From Thermoprotei archaeon (GTDB lineage Archaea > Thermoproteota > Thermoprotei > Gearchaeales > WAQG01), in contig JBMFIF010000001.1 of the NCBI GenBank assembly GCA_049976445.1, forward strand, positions 24,634 to 88,633: 64,000 nt of DNA, given 5' to 3'. Below the pieces are notes generated by a model. That model saw only the letters and a list, made by a program, of their open reading frames with translations, did not search any database and had not been told where the DNA came from. Positions 47,485 through 58,854 of the stretch are shown here, piece after piece. Within the stretch, counting starts at the first letter, position 1, and each line of letters begins with the position of its first letter. A program made the translations under genes and the position numbers.

Positions 47485-48720
47485 ATGAAAAAGATAGTGT
47501 TAGCATACTCAGGAGGATTAGATACTTCAGTGTCGATAAAATGGTTGCAGGAAAAATATGGATATGAAGTTATTACTGTCACATTGGACGTTGGTCAAGG
47601 TGAAGATTTTGGAGAGATAGAGAAGAAAGCTTATGAAATAGGAGCTGTTAAACATTATACTATAAATGTATTGGATGAGTTTGTAAGAGATTATATTAAT
47701 CCAGCGATAAAAGCTAATGCTCTTTATCAGAATAAGTATCCATTAAGTAGTGCTTTATCTAGACCTTTGATATCGAAATATTTGGTCAAGATTGCGGAAA
47801 AAGAGAATGCTGAGGCTGTTGCTCATGGTTCTACAGGTAAGGGTAATGATCAAGTTAGGTTTGAAGTAACTATTAAAGCATTAAATCCTAACTTAAAGAT
47901 CATAGCACCTGTAAGAGAATGGAATTTAACTAGAGAAGAGGAGATAGAGTATGCGAAAAAGCATGGAATTCCTATAAGAGCTACTAAGAAAAGCCCATAC
48001 AGTATTGATCAGAACCTATGGGGTAGATCAATTGAAGGTGGTGTTTTAGAGTATCCTGAAGAGGAACCACCATCAGATGTATTTGAGTGGACTGTGGATC
48101 CTGTAAAAGCTCCTGATACGCCAGGCTACATAACTATTGGTTTTCGGGACGGAATCCCAATAAGTTTAAATGGTGAAGAAATCGATGAAATTGCTTTAAT
48201 CTCTGAGCTTAATCGTATTGTGGGGATGCATGGTATTGGAAGGATTGATCATATGGAAGATAGACTAGTCGGTATAAAGTCGAGAGAAGTTTATGAATGC
48301 CCAGCAGCCTTAGCTATCATTGAGGCACATAAAGATTTAGAGAAATTTGTTCTTACACGGCATGAAAATAATTTAAAAGAAATGATAGATCAAACATGGA
48401 CTCAGCTTGTCTATAGTGGTTTATGGATGGAACCTTTAAGACTCGATCTTCAAGCTTTCATAGATTCAACACAAATACCTAGAGTTAGTGGGCAGGTTAC
48501 ACTCAAATTGTTTAAGGGCGGTATGCGTGTGGTTGGTAGGAAAAGTGATTATGCGTTGTATGATTTAAAATTATCAACATATGATGCCTCATCAACATTT
48601 AATCAGAAGGATGCTATCGGATTTATAGAGCTTTGGGGTCTTCAAACTGTTACTGCTCACAAAGTATTAAGGATGGTTAATGAAAATGCACGAAAAACCA
48701 TGGGAGTCGAGATTAAGTAA
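47485..48720 (+). CDS. argG: Argininosuccinate synthase
   Basis: The AYSGGLDTS P-loop and the full ArgG fold are present. Confidence 0.9.
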   Translation: MKKIVLAYSGGLDTSVSIKWLQEKYGYEVITVTLDVGQGEDFGEIEKKAYEIGAVKHYTINVLDEFVRDYINPAIKANALYQNKYPLSSALSRPLISKYLVKIAEKENAEAVAHGSTGKGNDQVRFEVTIKALNPNLKIIAPVREWNLTREEEIEYAKKHGIPIRATKKSPYSIDQNLWGRSIEGGVLEYPEEEPPSDVFEWTVDPVKAPDTPGYITIGFRDGIPISLNGEEIDEIALISELNRIVGMHGIGRIDHMEDRLVGIKSREVYECPAALAIIEAHKDLEKFVLTRHENNLKEMIDQTWTQLVYSGLWMEPLRLDLQAFIDSTQIPRVSGQVTLKLFKGGMRVVGRKSDYALYDLKLSTYDASSTFNQKDAIGFIELWGLQTVTAHKVLRMVNENARKTMGVEIK

Positions 48721-50170
48721 TAAAAAGAAAGCTTTAATACTTATTAAAGAAGCTGAAAGAGATCTAAAGAATGATAAAAATTTAATACCTTATGAAATAC
48801 TTGTCAATGAAGCACATGTAATAATGCTCTATAGAGTTGGGATTTTAGAAAAAAGTGATGCACTAGCAATCCTCAAAGCTCTTGAAGAATTTTATAACGA
48901 GTGGATGAGTGGTAACATACAACTTAATCCAGAACTTGAGGACATACATTTTCATGTTGAATCATATTTAATAAATAAATTGGGAATGCGCATAGGTGGT
49001 AAGCTTCATACAGCAAGAAGTCGCAATGATTTAATAGCTACTGATATCAGATTATATCTCAGAGATGCTATAAATCAATTCTCACAAGAGTTATTAAACG
49101 CTATGGAAAAGCTGCTTAGCATTGCAGAATCTAATATAACAACTATCATACCAGGATATACTCATATGCAGCAAGCTCAGCCAATAACATTAAGTCATTA
49201 TTTAATAGCACAAGTAAATCAGTTAATGCGTACTTATCAAAGGTTGCGCGAATCGTACGAAAGAGTTAATCTTTCGCCCTTAGGTTCTGGAGCGTTGGCT
49301 GGAGTTAATTGGCCTATAGATAGAGAACTGGTTGCTCGGTATCTGGGTTTTTCTGGTATTATTGAAAATTCATTAGATGCAATAACATCTAGGGGCGAAA
49401 TTGAAACAGAAATATTATCTAACTTAGCAATATTATTTACTCAACTTAGTAGAATTGCGGAAGATATTATATTCTGGTCATCTCAGGAAAGCAGGCTAAT
49501 AGAGCTGGATGATTCTTACGTGGGTATTAGCAGTATTATGCCTCAAAAAAAGAATCCTGAAGCAGCAGAAATCATAAGAGCTAAATCATCAGAACTCTAT
49601 GGAAACTTAATTAAGGTATTAATAGTAATGAAAGGATTACCGACCGGATATAATAAAGATATGCAGGAATTTAAAGGAATTTTACAAGAAAGTTTTGAGA
49701 TAACAAAGTTAAGCTTACAATCTATTGTTGGCATGATAGAGACGATGAAGATCAATAACGATGTATTCGTAAATTCTCCCTCAATGACATATACCCTTGC
49801 TACTGATATAGCTGATATATTAGTAAAAAAGTTGGGAATATCATTTAGAGAAGCACATCAAGTAATCGCTTCAGCAGTTAAACGTTCACAAGGTAAAGGT
49901 CTTACCATCGAACACATAATCTTATCATTAAGTGAGGTGCTAGGTATAAGAATTTATGATATACCTGAATTAAAACTAAACCCAGAAATGAGTATAAACA
50001 TGAAAATCAGTAAGGGGAGTACTAACCCTAATGAAAACATAAAGATGTTGGATAAACTTAAAAAAGCAATAATAAAGGAAAGAAACATATTGAACAGTGA
50101 GATTGAGCGAATTAATGCATCACTAAAAATACTAAAAGAGGATGTTAAAAAATTAGCGGAATTATCTTAG
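48680..50170 (+). CDS. argH: Argininosuccinate lyase (with ~40-aa C-terminal coiled-coil-like extension)
   Basis: Fumarase/aspartase family signature (GSSIMPQKKNP). Confidence 0.85.
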   Translation: MKMHEKPWESRLSNKKKALILIKEAERDLKNDKNLIPYEILVNEAHVIMLYRVGILEKSDALAILKALEEFYNEWMSGNIQLNPELEDIHFHVESYLINKLGMRIGGKLHTARSRNDLIATDIRLYLRDAINQFSQELLNAMEKLLSIAESNITTIIPGYTHMQQAQPITLSHYLIAQVNQLMRTYQRLRESYERVNLSPLGSGALAGVNWPIDRELVARYLGFSGIIENSLDAITSRGEIETEILSNLAILFTQLSRIAEDIIFWSSQESRLIELDDSYVGISSIMPQKKNPEAAEIIRAKSSELYGNLIKVLIVMKGLPTGYNKDMQEFKGILQESFEITKLSLQSIVGMIETMKINNDVFVNSPSMTYTLATDIADILVKKLGISFREAHQVIASAVKRSQGKGLTIEHIILSLSEVLGIRIYDIPELKLNPEMSINMKISKGSTNPNENIKMLDKLKKAIIKERNILNSEIERINASLKILKEDVKKLAELS

Positions 50171-50256
50171 CATTATTTTGATAACCTGAATATAAATATT
50201 TCTCTAATATGATTGGCAACATATTTATATAAACGTAATTACTAGAAATATGTCAA

Positions 50257-51057
50257 GTGGGGTGTCATGAACCGCCAATATTTGGAGGGGCAAATCATGC
50301 CCCAATGGGAATTGAGTGCCCACCAATTTCATTAAAAGACCTTCTCCTACCAAAAAATATAAACAACAAACTTGAGAGTGAAAAAGTTTATTTACGGTTT
50401 CTTGAAATCACTAAAGAATTAAATAACTGGCATGCAGAGTCGGCATTTTCATCACTTAATATACTTATATCACTATATAGTGATTGGATAAACGAAGACA
50501 GATTCGTAATATTAAGCAAGGGTCATGCTTCACTAGCACTCTATACAATATACCTTGAAATGGGAGTAATTAACGAGAGTGATATAAAAACCTTTGGACA
50601 GCCTGGTTCTAAATTGCAACCGCATCCAGAGGGTAGAAGCTTACCAGGCATCTTAGTTTCGACTGGTTCTTTAGGGCAGGGTCTTTCAATAGCTGCAGGT
50701 TTAGCATTTTCATCAAGAATTGATAAGCGTAATATTGAGATTGCTGTAGTGATCGGTGATGGTGAGCTAGATGAAGGACAGGTCTGGGAAGCAGCCGCAA
50801 CAATTTCATCAAATAAGCTTGATAACATCATTGTCTTAATAGATAGGAATCATAAACAGTTAAGCGGTGATACTGAAAGCATAAAGAATAAAGAACCTTT
50901 AGATATGAAGTGGGAGGCGTTTGGATGGTATGTTTTAAAGGTTAACGGTAATAATAAAGATGTAATAACTAATGCATTAACGAAAGTTTCAGAAGTTAAA
51001 GGAAAACCAAAAGTTATAATTGTTGAATCGTGCGATAGAAAATTGTTTGGATATTAA
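50257..51057 (+). CDS. Transketolase, N-terminal (TPP-binding) subunit
   Basis: Split archaeal transketolase; TPP-binding motif GDGELDEGQVWEA. Confidence 0.85.
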   Translation: MGCHEPPIFGGANHAPMGIECPPISLKDLLLPKNINNKLESEKVYLRFLEITKELNNWHAESAFSSLNILISLYSDWINEDRFVILSKGHASLALYTIYLEMGVINESDIKTFGQPGSKLQPHPEGRSLPGILVSTGSLGQGLSIAAGLAFSSRIDKRNIEIAVVIGDGELDEGQVWEAAATISSNKLDNIIVLIDRNHKQLSGDTESIKNKEPLDMKWEAFGWYVLKVNGNNKDVITNALTKVSEVKGKPKVIIVESCDRKLFGY

Positions 51058-51075
51058 AGGGGGAGGTTACTCCCG

Positions 51076-52026
51076 GTGACATTATCAGGCCAGAGTATGT
51101 TTAGTTTTAGGGAAGCTTTTGGACAAGCTCTTTTGGAATTAGGAGAACGTGTTCCTAATTTAGTGGTGGTTGATGCCGATGTTTTTAAATCCACTAAAAC
51201 ACAATACTTTGCAAAGAGATTCAGTGAACGTTTCATTACTGTAGGGATAAGTGAACAAGACTTAGTGGATGTAGCAGCAGGCTTAGCGCTTGGGGGAAAG
51301 ATACCCATTGCATCAACTTATGCAATGTTTATGATGCGTGGATGGGAACAGATAAGAAATACTATAGCTAGGGATCATTTAAATGTAAAACTTGTTGCAA
51401 CACATGGAGGTCTTTCAGATCATTTAGATGGTGCATCACATCAATGCTTAGAAGATATCGCAATAATGCGCGTTATACCAGGAATGACTGTTTTAGTTCC
51501 AGCTGATGACATAGCTACTAGGCAATTGCTTTTTCAATCAATAATCGAGCATAGAGGCCCTCTTTACATGCGATTAGGACGTGATAATGCTTATCGTATA
51601 TATGATAATAATACGGAGCTTAAAATAGGACATGCAAAGTTAGTTAGAGAAGGATCTGATATAACTATCGTAGCAAATGGAACTATGGTTGCAATAGCTT
51701 TAGAAGTAGCTACATTGCTGAAAGAGAAAAACATAAGTGCTGAAGTTATTGACATGCATACTGTAAAACCTCTTGATGTAAATATACTTATACATAGTGC
51801 CTCAAAAACTGGTAAGGTTGTTACTATAGAGGAGCACAATATTATTGGTGGTTTAGGTAGCGCTGTGAGTGAAACATTAAGCGAGTGTAAGCCTGTAATG
51901 ATAAAGAGAATTGGTATAATGGATGTTTTTGGGACTGCTGGAAGAAGTTATGAAGAACTTTTAAGGTATTTTGGTCTAGTTCCAGAGCATATTGCAAGGA
52001 ATCTGGAGGTGTTTGTTAATCAATGA
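51076..52026 (+). CDS. Transketolase, C-terminal (pyrimidine-binding) subunit
   Basis: Transketolase central and C-terminal domains. Confidence 0.85.
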   Translation: MTLSGQSMFSFREAFGQALLELGERVPNLVVVDADVFKSTKTQYFAKRFSERFITVGISEQDLVDVAAGLALGGKIPIASTYAMFMMRGWEQIRNTIARDHLNVKLVATHGGLSDHLDGASHQCLEDIAIMRVIPGMTVLVPADDIATRQLLFQSIIEHRGPLYMRLGRDNAYRIYDNNTELKIGHAKLVREGSDITIVANGTMVAIALEVATLLKEKNISAEVIDMHTVKPLDVNILIHSASKTGKVVTIEEHNIIGGLGSAVSETLSECKPVMIKRIGIMDVFGTAGRSYEELLRYFGLVPEHIARNLEVFVNQ

Positions 52027-52817
52027 AGCTTAAATTTGTAACTAAAGATTTTAAAGATAAAACTGTTATTGATATAAATGGTGTAAGAATCGGAGAAAAA
52101 CCTATTGTAATAGCAGGTCCGTGTTCTGTAGAATCTGAAGAGCAAGTTGTACAAATTGCTAAATTTGTAAAAGAACATGGTGCTTCAATGTTACGTGGTG
52201 GAGCATTTAAGCCAAGAACTTCACCATACAGTTTTCAGGGTCTCGGTGAGAAAGGTTTAATGTACTTAAAAAAGGCATCAGAGATTACTGGATTACCTAT
52301 TGTTACTGAAGTTCTCGATCCTAGAGATGTGAAGCTAGTAGAGAAATATGCTGACATGTTACAGATTGGGGCCCGTAATATGCAAAACTTTCCATTATTA
52401 AAGGAGGTGGGAAGGTCCTTTAAACCTGTTCTTCTTAAGAGAGGATTTGGTGCTACAATAGAAGAGTTACTTTCAGCAGCAGAGTATATTATGAAAGAAG
52501 GTAATATGAACGTAATATTATGTGAACGAGGTATCAGAACTTTTGAAACTTCGACAAGGTTCACGTTAGATATTGCTGCTGTTCCAGTTCTTAAAGAATT
52601 AACACATCTACCAGTAATCGTTGATCCTAGTCATGCAGCTGGTAAAAGATCACTGGTTCCTCCTTTAGCAAAAGCAGCATTAGCAGCTGGTGCTGATGGT
52701 ATAATTGTGGAGGTTCATCAAGATCCTGATCATGCTCTTTCAGATGGTTTACAGAGCCTTACATTAGATGGTTTTAAAGATATGATGGAGGAGTTGAAAA
52801 GATGGAAGTTAATATGA
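52023..52817 (+). CDS. 3-deoxy-7-phosphoheptulonate (DAHP) synthase, type I-beta
   Basis: The KDO8P/DAHP synthase family fold is present ([26 protein letters not shown]). Confidence 0.8.
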   Translation: MKLKFVTKDFKDKTVIDINGVRIGEKPIVIAGPCSVESEEQVVQIAKFVKEHGASMLRGGAFKPRTSPYSFQGLGEKGLMYLKKASEITGLPIVTEVLDPRDVKLVEKYADMLQIGARNMQNFPLLKEVGRSFKPVLLKRGFGATIEELLSAAEYIMKEGNMNVILCERGIRTFETSTRFTLDIAAVPVLKELTHLPVIVDPSHAAGKRSLVPPLAKAALAAGADGIIVEVHQDPDHALSDGLQSLTLDGFKDMMEELKRWKLI

Positions 52818-53875
52818 AAATTTCAGATAATATAAACACAAAGATAATAATAGATCGTAATTTGCTTAATCATTTAGATAATCTAGTAGAGGATTTAAGG
52901 CCTCATAAAATTGCAATAATTACTGATCCATTGGTTGCGGATCTCTGGCTTCCAATAGTGAAAACAGTATTAGACAATTTAGGAATTGTCTTAAAAATAA
53001 TAATAGTTCAGAGAGGGGAGAAAGCAAAAACTTTCAGTACTTATAAGAGAATATTAAGAGAACTTATTGATTTTGGTTTTACTAGAAAATCTTTAATCAT
53101 AGGATTTGGTGGGGGATCAATTTGTGACTTGTCTGGTTTCGTTGCTTCAACTTATATGAGAGGAGTACCATTAATCCTGATACCTACAACATTATTAGCT
53201 CAAGTTGATGCTGCAATAGGTGGCAAAAATGGTATAGATTTTATAGGGAAGAATATGGTAGGTACATTTTATTATCCATTAAAAATAATTGTTGATCCGA
53301 ATGTGCTCAATACATTGGATACGAGGGATTTTCGAAGTGGTTTAGCAGAGATAGTGAAAAGTGCAGTTATAATGGATAGGGAATTCTTTAATGAATTAGA
53401 GGTAAATGTGAATAATTTAAAGGATCCGAATTCAAGTTTATTTACATATGTTATCGCTAAAAGTATTCAGTTAAAGGTGAAAGTTGTTGAGTCTGATTAT
53501 AAAGAAAATAATCTTCGTATGATATTAAACTATGGTCATACTATAGGTCATGCGTTAGAGAAAAGTTCGAAGTTTAGGATTAGGCATGGTTATGCTGTAT
53601 CAATAGGTATGGTTGTTGAGGCATTTATTGCAACTAAAGTATTAGGATTTACAGAAAATGAGACACTTCGTATTAGTAGTTTATTAAGTTCTTTAGGGTT
53701 ACCAACAAAATTTTCATCAGATCTTGAGATATTGATAAAAAATATGGAGCTAGATAAAAAGTTCTGGTATAATAAGCCTTTGATGGCTTTACCTAAAAGT
53801 ATTGGTCATGCTGAGCTTGTTAACGTTGAATATGGGGTGATTAAAGAGTGTCTAGAAAAATGTGTTTATCAATAA
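52802..53875 (+). CDS. aroB: 3-dehydroquinate synthase
   Basis: AroB fold with [13 protein letters not shown]; operon context. Confidence 0.85.
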   Translation: MEVNMKISDNINTKIIIDRNLLNHLDNLVEDLRPHKIAIITDPLVADLWLPIVKTVLDNLGIVLKIIIVQRGEKAKTFSTYKRILRELIDFGFTRKSLIIGFGGGSICDLSGFVASTYMRGVPLILIPTTLLAQVDAAIGGKNGIDFIGKNMVGTFYYPLKIIVDPNVLNTLDTRDFRSGLAEIVKSAVIMDREFFNELEVNVNNLKDPNSSLFTYVIAKSIQLKVKVVESDYKENNLRMILNYGHTIGHALEKSSKFRIRHGYAVSIGMVVEAFIATKVLGFTENETLRISSLLSSLGLPTKFSSDLEILIKNMELDKKFWYNKPLMALPKSIGHAELVNVEYGVIKECLEKCVYQ

Positions 53876-54531
53876 GTGGTAATAATATAAGCGAAATAGC
53901 TGAAAAGCTTACTAAGCTTGATGCTCAATTGGTTGAAATACGATTAGACAAAATACAGAATTTATATGAGGTTATAAATAAGGCTGCTGAGCTGGTGCAT
54001 GAATTTTCATTTAAGCATGATCTTATAGTTACTGTAAGGAGCAGCATTGAAGGAGGATTTTTCTCAAATGGTGAGAAGGCACGTTTACGTATTATTTCTG
54101 AGCTTATTAGAGCAAAACCAAAATATGTTGATATAGAATTACGTTCACCGATAGCTAAGGATGTTATAAAATTAGCTGAAGAGAATGGTGTCAGTGTTAT
54201 TTTGTCATATCATAATTTCTCGGAGACACCAAACCTTAAAGAATTACGGTTAATCGCAGAGCGAGGTCTTAGACTTAATTCCTCGTTAGTAAAAATTGTT
54301 ACAATGGCACGTAGTTATTATGATAATATTACTATGTTAAGACTCGTATCAGAAACTCCAGGTAAAGTTGTGGGATTTTGCATGGGAGAACTAGGCATAC
54401 CCTCACGCATTCTTGCGCCATTCTTTGGAGCACCGTTCACTTATGTATCTTTTGGTGAAGAAGCTATAGCACCAGGACAGATTGACGGAACGGCGGTGAG
54501 GGAAATATGGAAATTAATGAAACTCATCTAA
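53848..54531 (+). CDS. aroD: 3-dehydroquinate dehydratase, type I
   Basis: 227 aa with a type I DHQase fold and catalytic Lys region; operon context. Confidence 0.75.
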   Translation: MSRKMCLSISGNNISEIAEKLTKLDAQLVEIRLDKIQNLYEVINKAAELVHEFSFKHDLIVTVRSSIEGGFFSNGEKARLRIISELIRAKPKYVDIELRSPIAKDVIKLAEENGVSVILSYHNFSETPNLKELRLIAERGLRLNSSLVKIVTMARSYYDNITMLRLVSETPGKVVGFCMGELGIPSRILAPFFGAPFTYVSFGEEAIAPGQIDGTAVREIWKLMKLI

Positions 54532-55388
54532 ACAATGAAGAAAAAATATTTAACTATTATATAATAGGATATCCAGTAAACCATACAATCAGTCCAAAAA
54601 TTTATAATGAGATATTTAAAATTTGGAATATTAATGCAAAGTATAGAGCGTTACCAGTAAAACCTGATGAATTATCAACAAAAATAGCATTATTAAAAAA
54701 TCAAAACATAAGAGGGTTTAATGTTACAATACCTCATAAGGTAGCTATCATGAATTTTTTAGACGAAATTACTCATAATGCAGAATTGATTGGTGCTGTG
54801 AATACTGTGATTAATAAGAATGGAAGGTTCGTTGGTTTTAATACTGATGCTATTGGGTTTATTAATGCATTAAAGCGTCATGTAAGCTTATCATTTTCTA
54901 AAAGTGTTATAATAGGTGCTGGTGGTGCTGCTAGAGCCGCTATTTATGAATTGTCAAAGTACTCTGATGAAATACATGTGTTTAGTTTAAGCGGAGACTC
55001 TGCAATAAATACTGCTAATTATTTTAGAAGTATGGGTTTTAATGTGATAGGACACAAAGCAGAAACAAAGCATTATTCAGAAATTTTACCTAATGTAGAT
55101 TTAATAGTGAACGCTTCACCTGTAGGAATGTTAAATCAGGATGAGATACCAATTCCACCAAAACTTGTGAAAGAAGGAATAGTGATAATGGATATGGTTT
55201 ATAATCCATTAATGACTAAGCTTATTAGAGTTGCATTAGAAAAGAATTGTAAAGTTATTGATGGGTTGTGGATGTTAGTTTATCAAGCGATTGAAAATTT
55301 GAAACTATGGCTTGGTTTTAAACCTTCTGAAATTTTACTTAGAACTATAAGTGAACGATATCTCATTGGGGATAATCATGAAAGGTGA
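54507..55388 (+). CDS. aroE: Shikimate 5-dehydrogenase
   Basis: N-terminal shikimate-binding domain and Rossmann motif (IGAGGAARA). Confidence 0.8.
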   Translation: MEINETHLNNEEKIFNYYIIGYPVNHTISPKIYNEIFKIWNINAKYRALPVKPDELSTKIALLKNQNIRGFNVTIPHKVAIMNFLDEITHNAELIGAVNTVINKNGRFVGFNTDAIGFINALKRHVSLSFSKSVIIGAGGAARAAIYELSKYSDEIHVFSLSGDSAINTANYFRSMGFNVIGHKAETKHYSEILPNVDLIVNASPVGMLNQDEIPIPPKLVKEGIVIMDMVYNPLMTKLIRVALEKNCKVIDGLWMLVYQAIENLKLWLGFKPSEILLRTISERYLIGDNHER

Positions 55389-56235
55389 GAGCACAGCGTT
55401 TGGTGCAATAAGTGTAGTAAATGCTATACCAACTGGAATAGGAGCCTCAGCAGGCATAAAACTAAAAGTTCACGTTAAGGCAGAGATTATTGATGAGAAT
55501 TCATTAAAGTCATCTATAAAGGTAAATGATGAGAATATTATTATCGATAATAAATTAATTAATGCTTCATTCAGTCTACTTAAACAAGAATTTAAAATTC
55601 AAAATGGTCTGTATTTAGACATAAATTCTGAAATACCCATTTCAAGAGGACTTAAAAGCAGTAGTGCTGTTGCTAATGCTATTATAGATGCATCTCTTAA
55701 AGCGTTTGGTATCAATTTAAGAAAACACGATATTATAAAACTTGGTATAAAAGCTGCTATAAATGCAGGTGTTACAATTACAGGAGCATTCGATGATGCT
55801 TGCGCCTCAATGTTTGGGGGCATTCACGTAACTGATAATAGATCATTTAAAATCTTATCCTCATATGATATAGAAGAGATGAAAGTTGTAATATTAGTCC
55901 CATCTTATCATACACCTAAATCTCTGATAGATAAAGATGCTTTTAAGAAAATAGGAAATCTGATGCAGATACCCATTAATCTTGCTTTGAAAAAGCAATG
56001 GTTAGATGCTCTAACCCTTAATGGTCTTTTAGTTTCTCTACCTCTAAAGATAGATTTAGCACCAATATGGGATGCTTTAAGATCAGGTGCTAAAGCTGCA
56101 GGGATAACTGGTACAGGGCCTGGAATAGTATCGGTAACTGACGAACCGAAACTGATTATAGATACTTGGAGAAAATATGAAGGAAAGATAATAGTAACAG
56201 AAACAAGGAGGCTAGAATATGATGATCTATTATGA
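55351..56235 (+). CDS. aroK: Archaeal GHMP-type shikimate kinase
   Basis: GHMP kinase motif (PISRGLKSSSAVANA); the position matches archaeal aro operons. Confidence 0.75.
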   Translation: MNDISLGIIMKGESTAFGAISVVNAIPTGIGASAGIKLKVHVKAEIIDENSLKSSIKVNDENIIIDNKLINASFSLLKQEFKIQNGLYLDINSEIPISRGLKSSSAVANAIIDASLKAFGINLRKHDIIKLGIKAAINAGVTITGAFDDACASMFGGIHVTDNRSFKILSSYDIEEMKVVILVPSYHTPKSLIDKDAFKKIGNLMQIPINLALKKQWLDALTLNGLLVSLPLKIDLAPIWDALRSGAKAAGITGTGPGIVSVTDEPKLIIDTWRKYEGKIIVTETRRLEYDDLL

Positions 56236-56244
56236 AAAATTTGT

Positions 56245-57504
56245 TTGGTGGTTAATATGAGAATTAAAGTGTATCCTGCAAGGTATTTGGAAGGTGTACT
56301 ATCTGCTCCACCTTCAAAAAGTTATACACATAGAGCACTTTTTATAGCACTTTTAACTAATGGAGGATCAAGTATACTTAATATGTTAAATTCAGCAGAT
56401 ACTAATGCTAGTATGCAAGCTGTAAGAGCTTTTGGTGGAAAAATAAAAAATAATGTAATAATAGGTGTAGAGAAGCCTATAGAACCTGATAATGTAATAA
56501 ATTGTAAAGATTCTGGAACTACAATAAGGTTTGCTGCATCAGTAGCATCGTTAGTGCATGGTTTAACAATACTTACAGGCAGCAATTCCCTAAGAAAAAG
56601 GCCTATGAAACCACTTGAAAATGCATTAGGACAATTAGGTGCACTTGTTGTAACAAGAAATGGAAAACCGCCATTAGCAATAGTTGGCGGGAAAATTGTC
56701 TCTGATAATATTGAAATCGATGGTTCAGTATCATCTCAGTTCATTTCTGGATTATTAATAATATCACCTAAGATAGGATTAACTGTAAATGTGGTGGGAA
56801 AAATGATTTCTAAGCCATACATAGATATGACGATACGAACGATGAAATCTTTCGGTGTGACCGTTAAGCAAGACGGTATGATGTTTACTGTAGAACGCCA
56901 GCCATACAAACCTACCACATTTACTGTGCCAGGAGATTATTCATCAGCAGCTTTTCTATTTGCAATTGGTAGTCTTCTGGGACGTGTACGTGTTTTAAAT
57001 TTAAAATCAGATGATGTACAAGCTGATAAAATGTTCATTAACATAATTAAAGAAATGGGCGCTAAAGTGAGTATTGGATTAGATTACGTTGATGTTGAAA
57101 GAGGTGCCTTAGAAGGTATTGAAGTTGATTGTTCCGACCTGCCTGATATAGTACCTATTCTTTCGGTACTTGGTGCTTATGCTAAAGGCAAGACTATTAT
57201 TAAGGGCATTTCACACTTAAGGTTTAAAGAGAGTGATAGAATAAAAACAACTAGTGAAAATCTTAGACGGATGGGTGTTGACGTTAAAGATGGTGCAGAT
57301 TATATTGAGATTAAAGGTCGTGAGAAGTTAAAAGGAGCAACGCTAAATTCATTTGGTGATCATAGAATCGCTATGGCTTTTACTGTTGCTGCATTAGCTG
57401 CAGAAGGATATAGTATAATTAAGGGTGTTGAAAGTATTGTTGATTCTTATCCATCATTTTTGGATCATGTAAAAATATTAGGCGGGAACATTGAGGTGAT
57501 GTAG
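56245..57504 (+). CDS. aroA: 3-phosphoshikimate 1-carboxyvinyltransferase (EPSP synthase)
   Basis: N-terminal LSAPPSKSYTHRALF and the full EPSPS fold. Confidence 0.85.
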   Translation: MVVNMRIKVYPARYLEGVLSAPPSKSYTHRALFIALLTNGGSSILNMLNSADTNASMQAVRAFGGKIKNNVIIGVEKPIEPDNVINCKDSGTTIRFAASVASLVHGLTILTGSNSLRKRPMKPLENALGQLGALVVTRNGKPPLAIVGGKIVSDNIEIDGSVSSQFISGLLIISPKIGLTVNVVGKMISKPYIDMTIRTMKSFGVTVKQDGMMFTVERQPYKPTTFTVPGDYSSAAFLFAIGSLLGRVRVLNLKSDDVQADKMFINIIKEMGAKVSIGLDYVDVERGALEGIEVDCSDLPDIVPILSVLGAYAKGKTIIKGISHLRFKESDRIKTTSENLRRMGVDVKDGADYIEIKGREKLKGATLNSFGDHRIAMAFTVAALAAEGYSIIKGVESIVDSYPSFLDHVKILGGNIEVM

Positions 57505-57516
57505 ATTCTTGGTGTA

Positions 57517-58590
57517 ATGTTTAGAGTTTCACTTTTTGGAGAGAGCCATGGTAAGCTTGTAGGCGTATTAATTGAAGGTTGTCCACCAGGTTTAAGAATT
57601 TCAGAAGAGGATGTACAAAAAGAGTTAGATAAGAGGAAACCTGGTTCAAGTCTTTATGTTAGCCAGAGGAAGGAGGAAGATAGAGTTGAAATTCTTTCGG
57701 GCATATTTAATGGTTATACTACAGGAGCCCCAATTACCATGGTAGTTTGGAATAAGGATGTTATTTCTAGTAGTTACGAGATGATACGTTATACTCCAAG
57801 ACCTGGTCATGCTGATTACGTTTCGTACATCAAATACAAGGGATTTAATGATTATAGAGGTGGTGGTATTTTTTCTGGAAGGATAACTGCAGGTTTAGTG
57901 ATGGCTGGTGCTGTGGCTAAGAAACTTCTTTCTTCATATAATATAGAAGTATACTCTTATATTACGAGTATTGGGCCTATAGAATCTCCTCTAATGACAT
58001 TAAATGAAATTAAAGAGAATGTATATAAAAGTCCGGTTCGATGCCCTCATGCTGAAACGAGTAATAGAATAGAAGATTATATTAAAACAATAATAAAGGA
58101 GGGTGATAGTGTGGGTGGTATTATAGAGACTATAGTATTAAATGTTCCTGTTGGCTTGGGTGAACCACCTATTGATACACTTGATGGAGATTTAGCAAAA
58201 GCCATGTTTATAATACCAGCAATAAAAGGGATAGAATTCGGTGCAGGTTTTAAATTATCTAAGATGAAGGGAAGTGAATCAAACGATCCTTACATTATTA
58301 GTAATAATAAAATTGTTACATTAACTAATAATGCTGGTGGTATTAATGGTGGAATTAGTAATGGTATGCCTATTATTTTTAGAGTTGTTGTTAAACCTAC
58401 ATCATCAATAAGGAAAAAGCAAAGAACTGTTGATCTTTTAAAAATGGAAGAAACTGAACTTATTGTTGAAGGACGGCATGATCCATGTATAGCAATTCGT
58501 GCTGTTCCTGTTGTCGAATCAGTTACAGCGATAGTCGTTGCTGATCATCTACTTAGGTGGTTGTCATGGAGTGGGAAAACGAACTCATGA
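57517..58590 (+). CDS. aroC: Chorismate synthase
   Basis: N-terminal FGESHG and the conserved core. Confidence 0.9.
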   Translation: MFRVSLFGESHGKLVGVLIEGCPPGLRISEEDVQKELDKRKPGSSLYVSQRKEEDRVEILSGIFNGYTTGAPITMVVWNKDVISSSYEMIRYTPRPGHADYVSYIKYKGFNDYRGGGIFSGRITAGLVMAGAVAKKLLSSYNIEVYSYITSIGPIESPLMTLNEIKENVYKSPVRCPHAETSNRIEDYIKTIIKEGDSVGGIIETIVLNVPVGLGEPPIDTLDGDLAKAMFIIPAIKGIEFGAGFKLSKMKGSESNDPYIISNNKIVTLTNNAGGINGGISNGMPIIFRVVVKPTSSIRKKQRTVDLLKMEETELIVEGRHDPCIAIRAVPVVESVTAIVVADHLLRWLSWSGKTNS

Positions 58591-58802
58591 AAATGAGAAA
58601 ACAGATAGATACTATAGACGATGAAATAATAAAACTTCTAAATAAAAGAATGCAGCTCTGTAAAGAAATAGGAGAAATAAAAAGAATGAGAAGTATACCG
58701 ATAGAAGATTGCAAAAGAGAGAATGAAATATTACAAAAAGCTGGGATCTTTAAATCAGTTTTTAAAGAAATAATAAGTTTATGCAAAGACCTTGAAAAGT
58801 AG
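58557..58802 (+). CDS. Chorismate mutase (AroQ class, small)
   Basis: RKQIDTIDDEIIKLLNKRMQLCKEIGEIK is the AroQ helix signature. It overlaps the aroC 3' end; the true start is probably an internal Met. Confidence 0.7.
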   Translation: MVVMEWENELMKMRKQIDTIDDEIIKLLNKRMQLCKEIGEIKRMRSIPIEDCKRENEILQKAGIFKSVFKEIISLCKDLEK

Positions 58803-58854
58803 ATAATTTCTCCTAAGGACAAGACTTTAAGTATGAGATAATGGTGTTCAGATT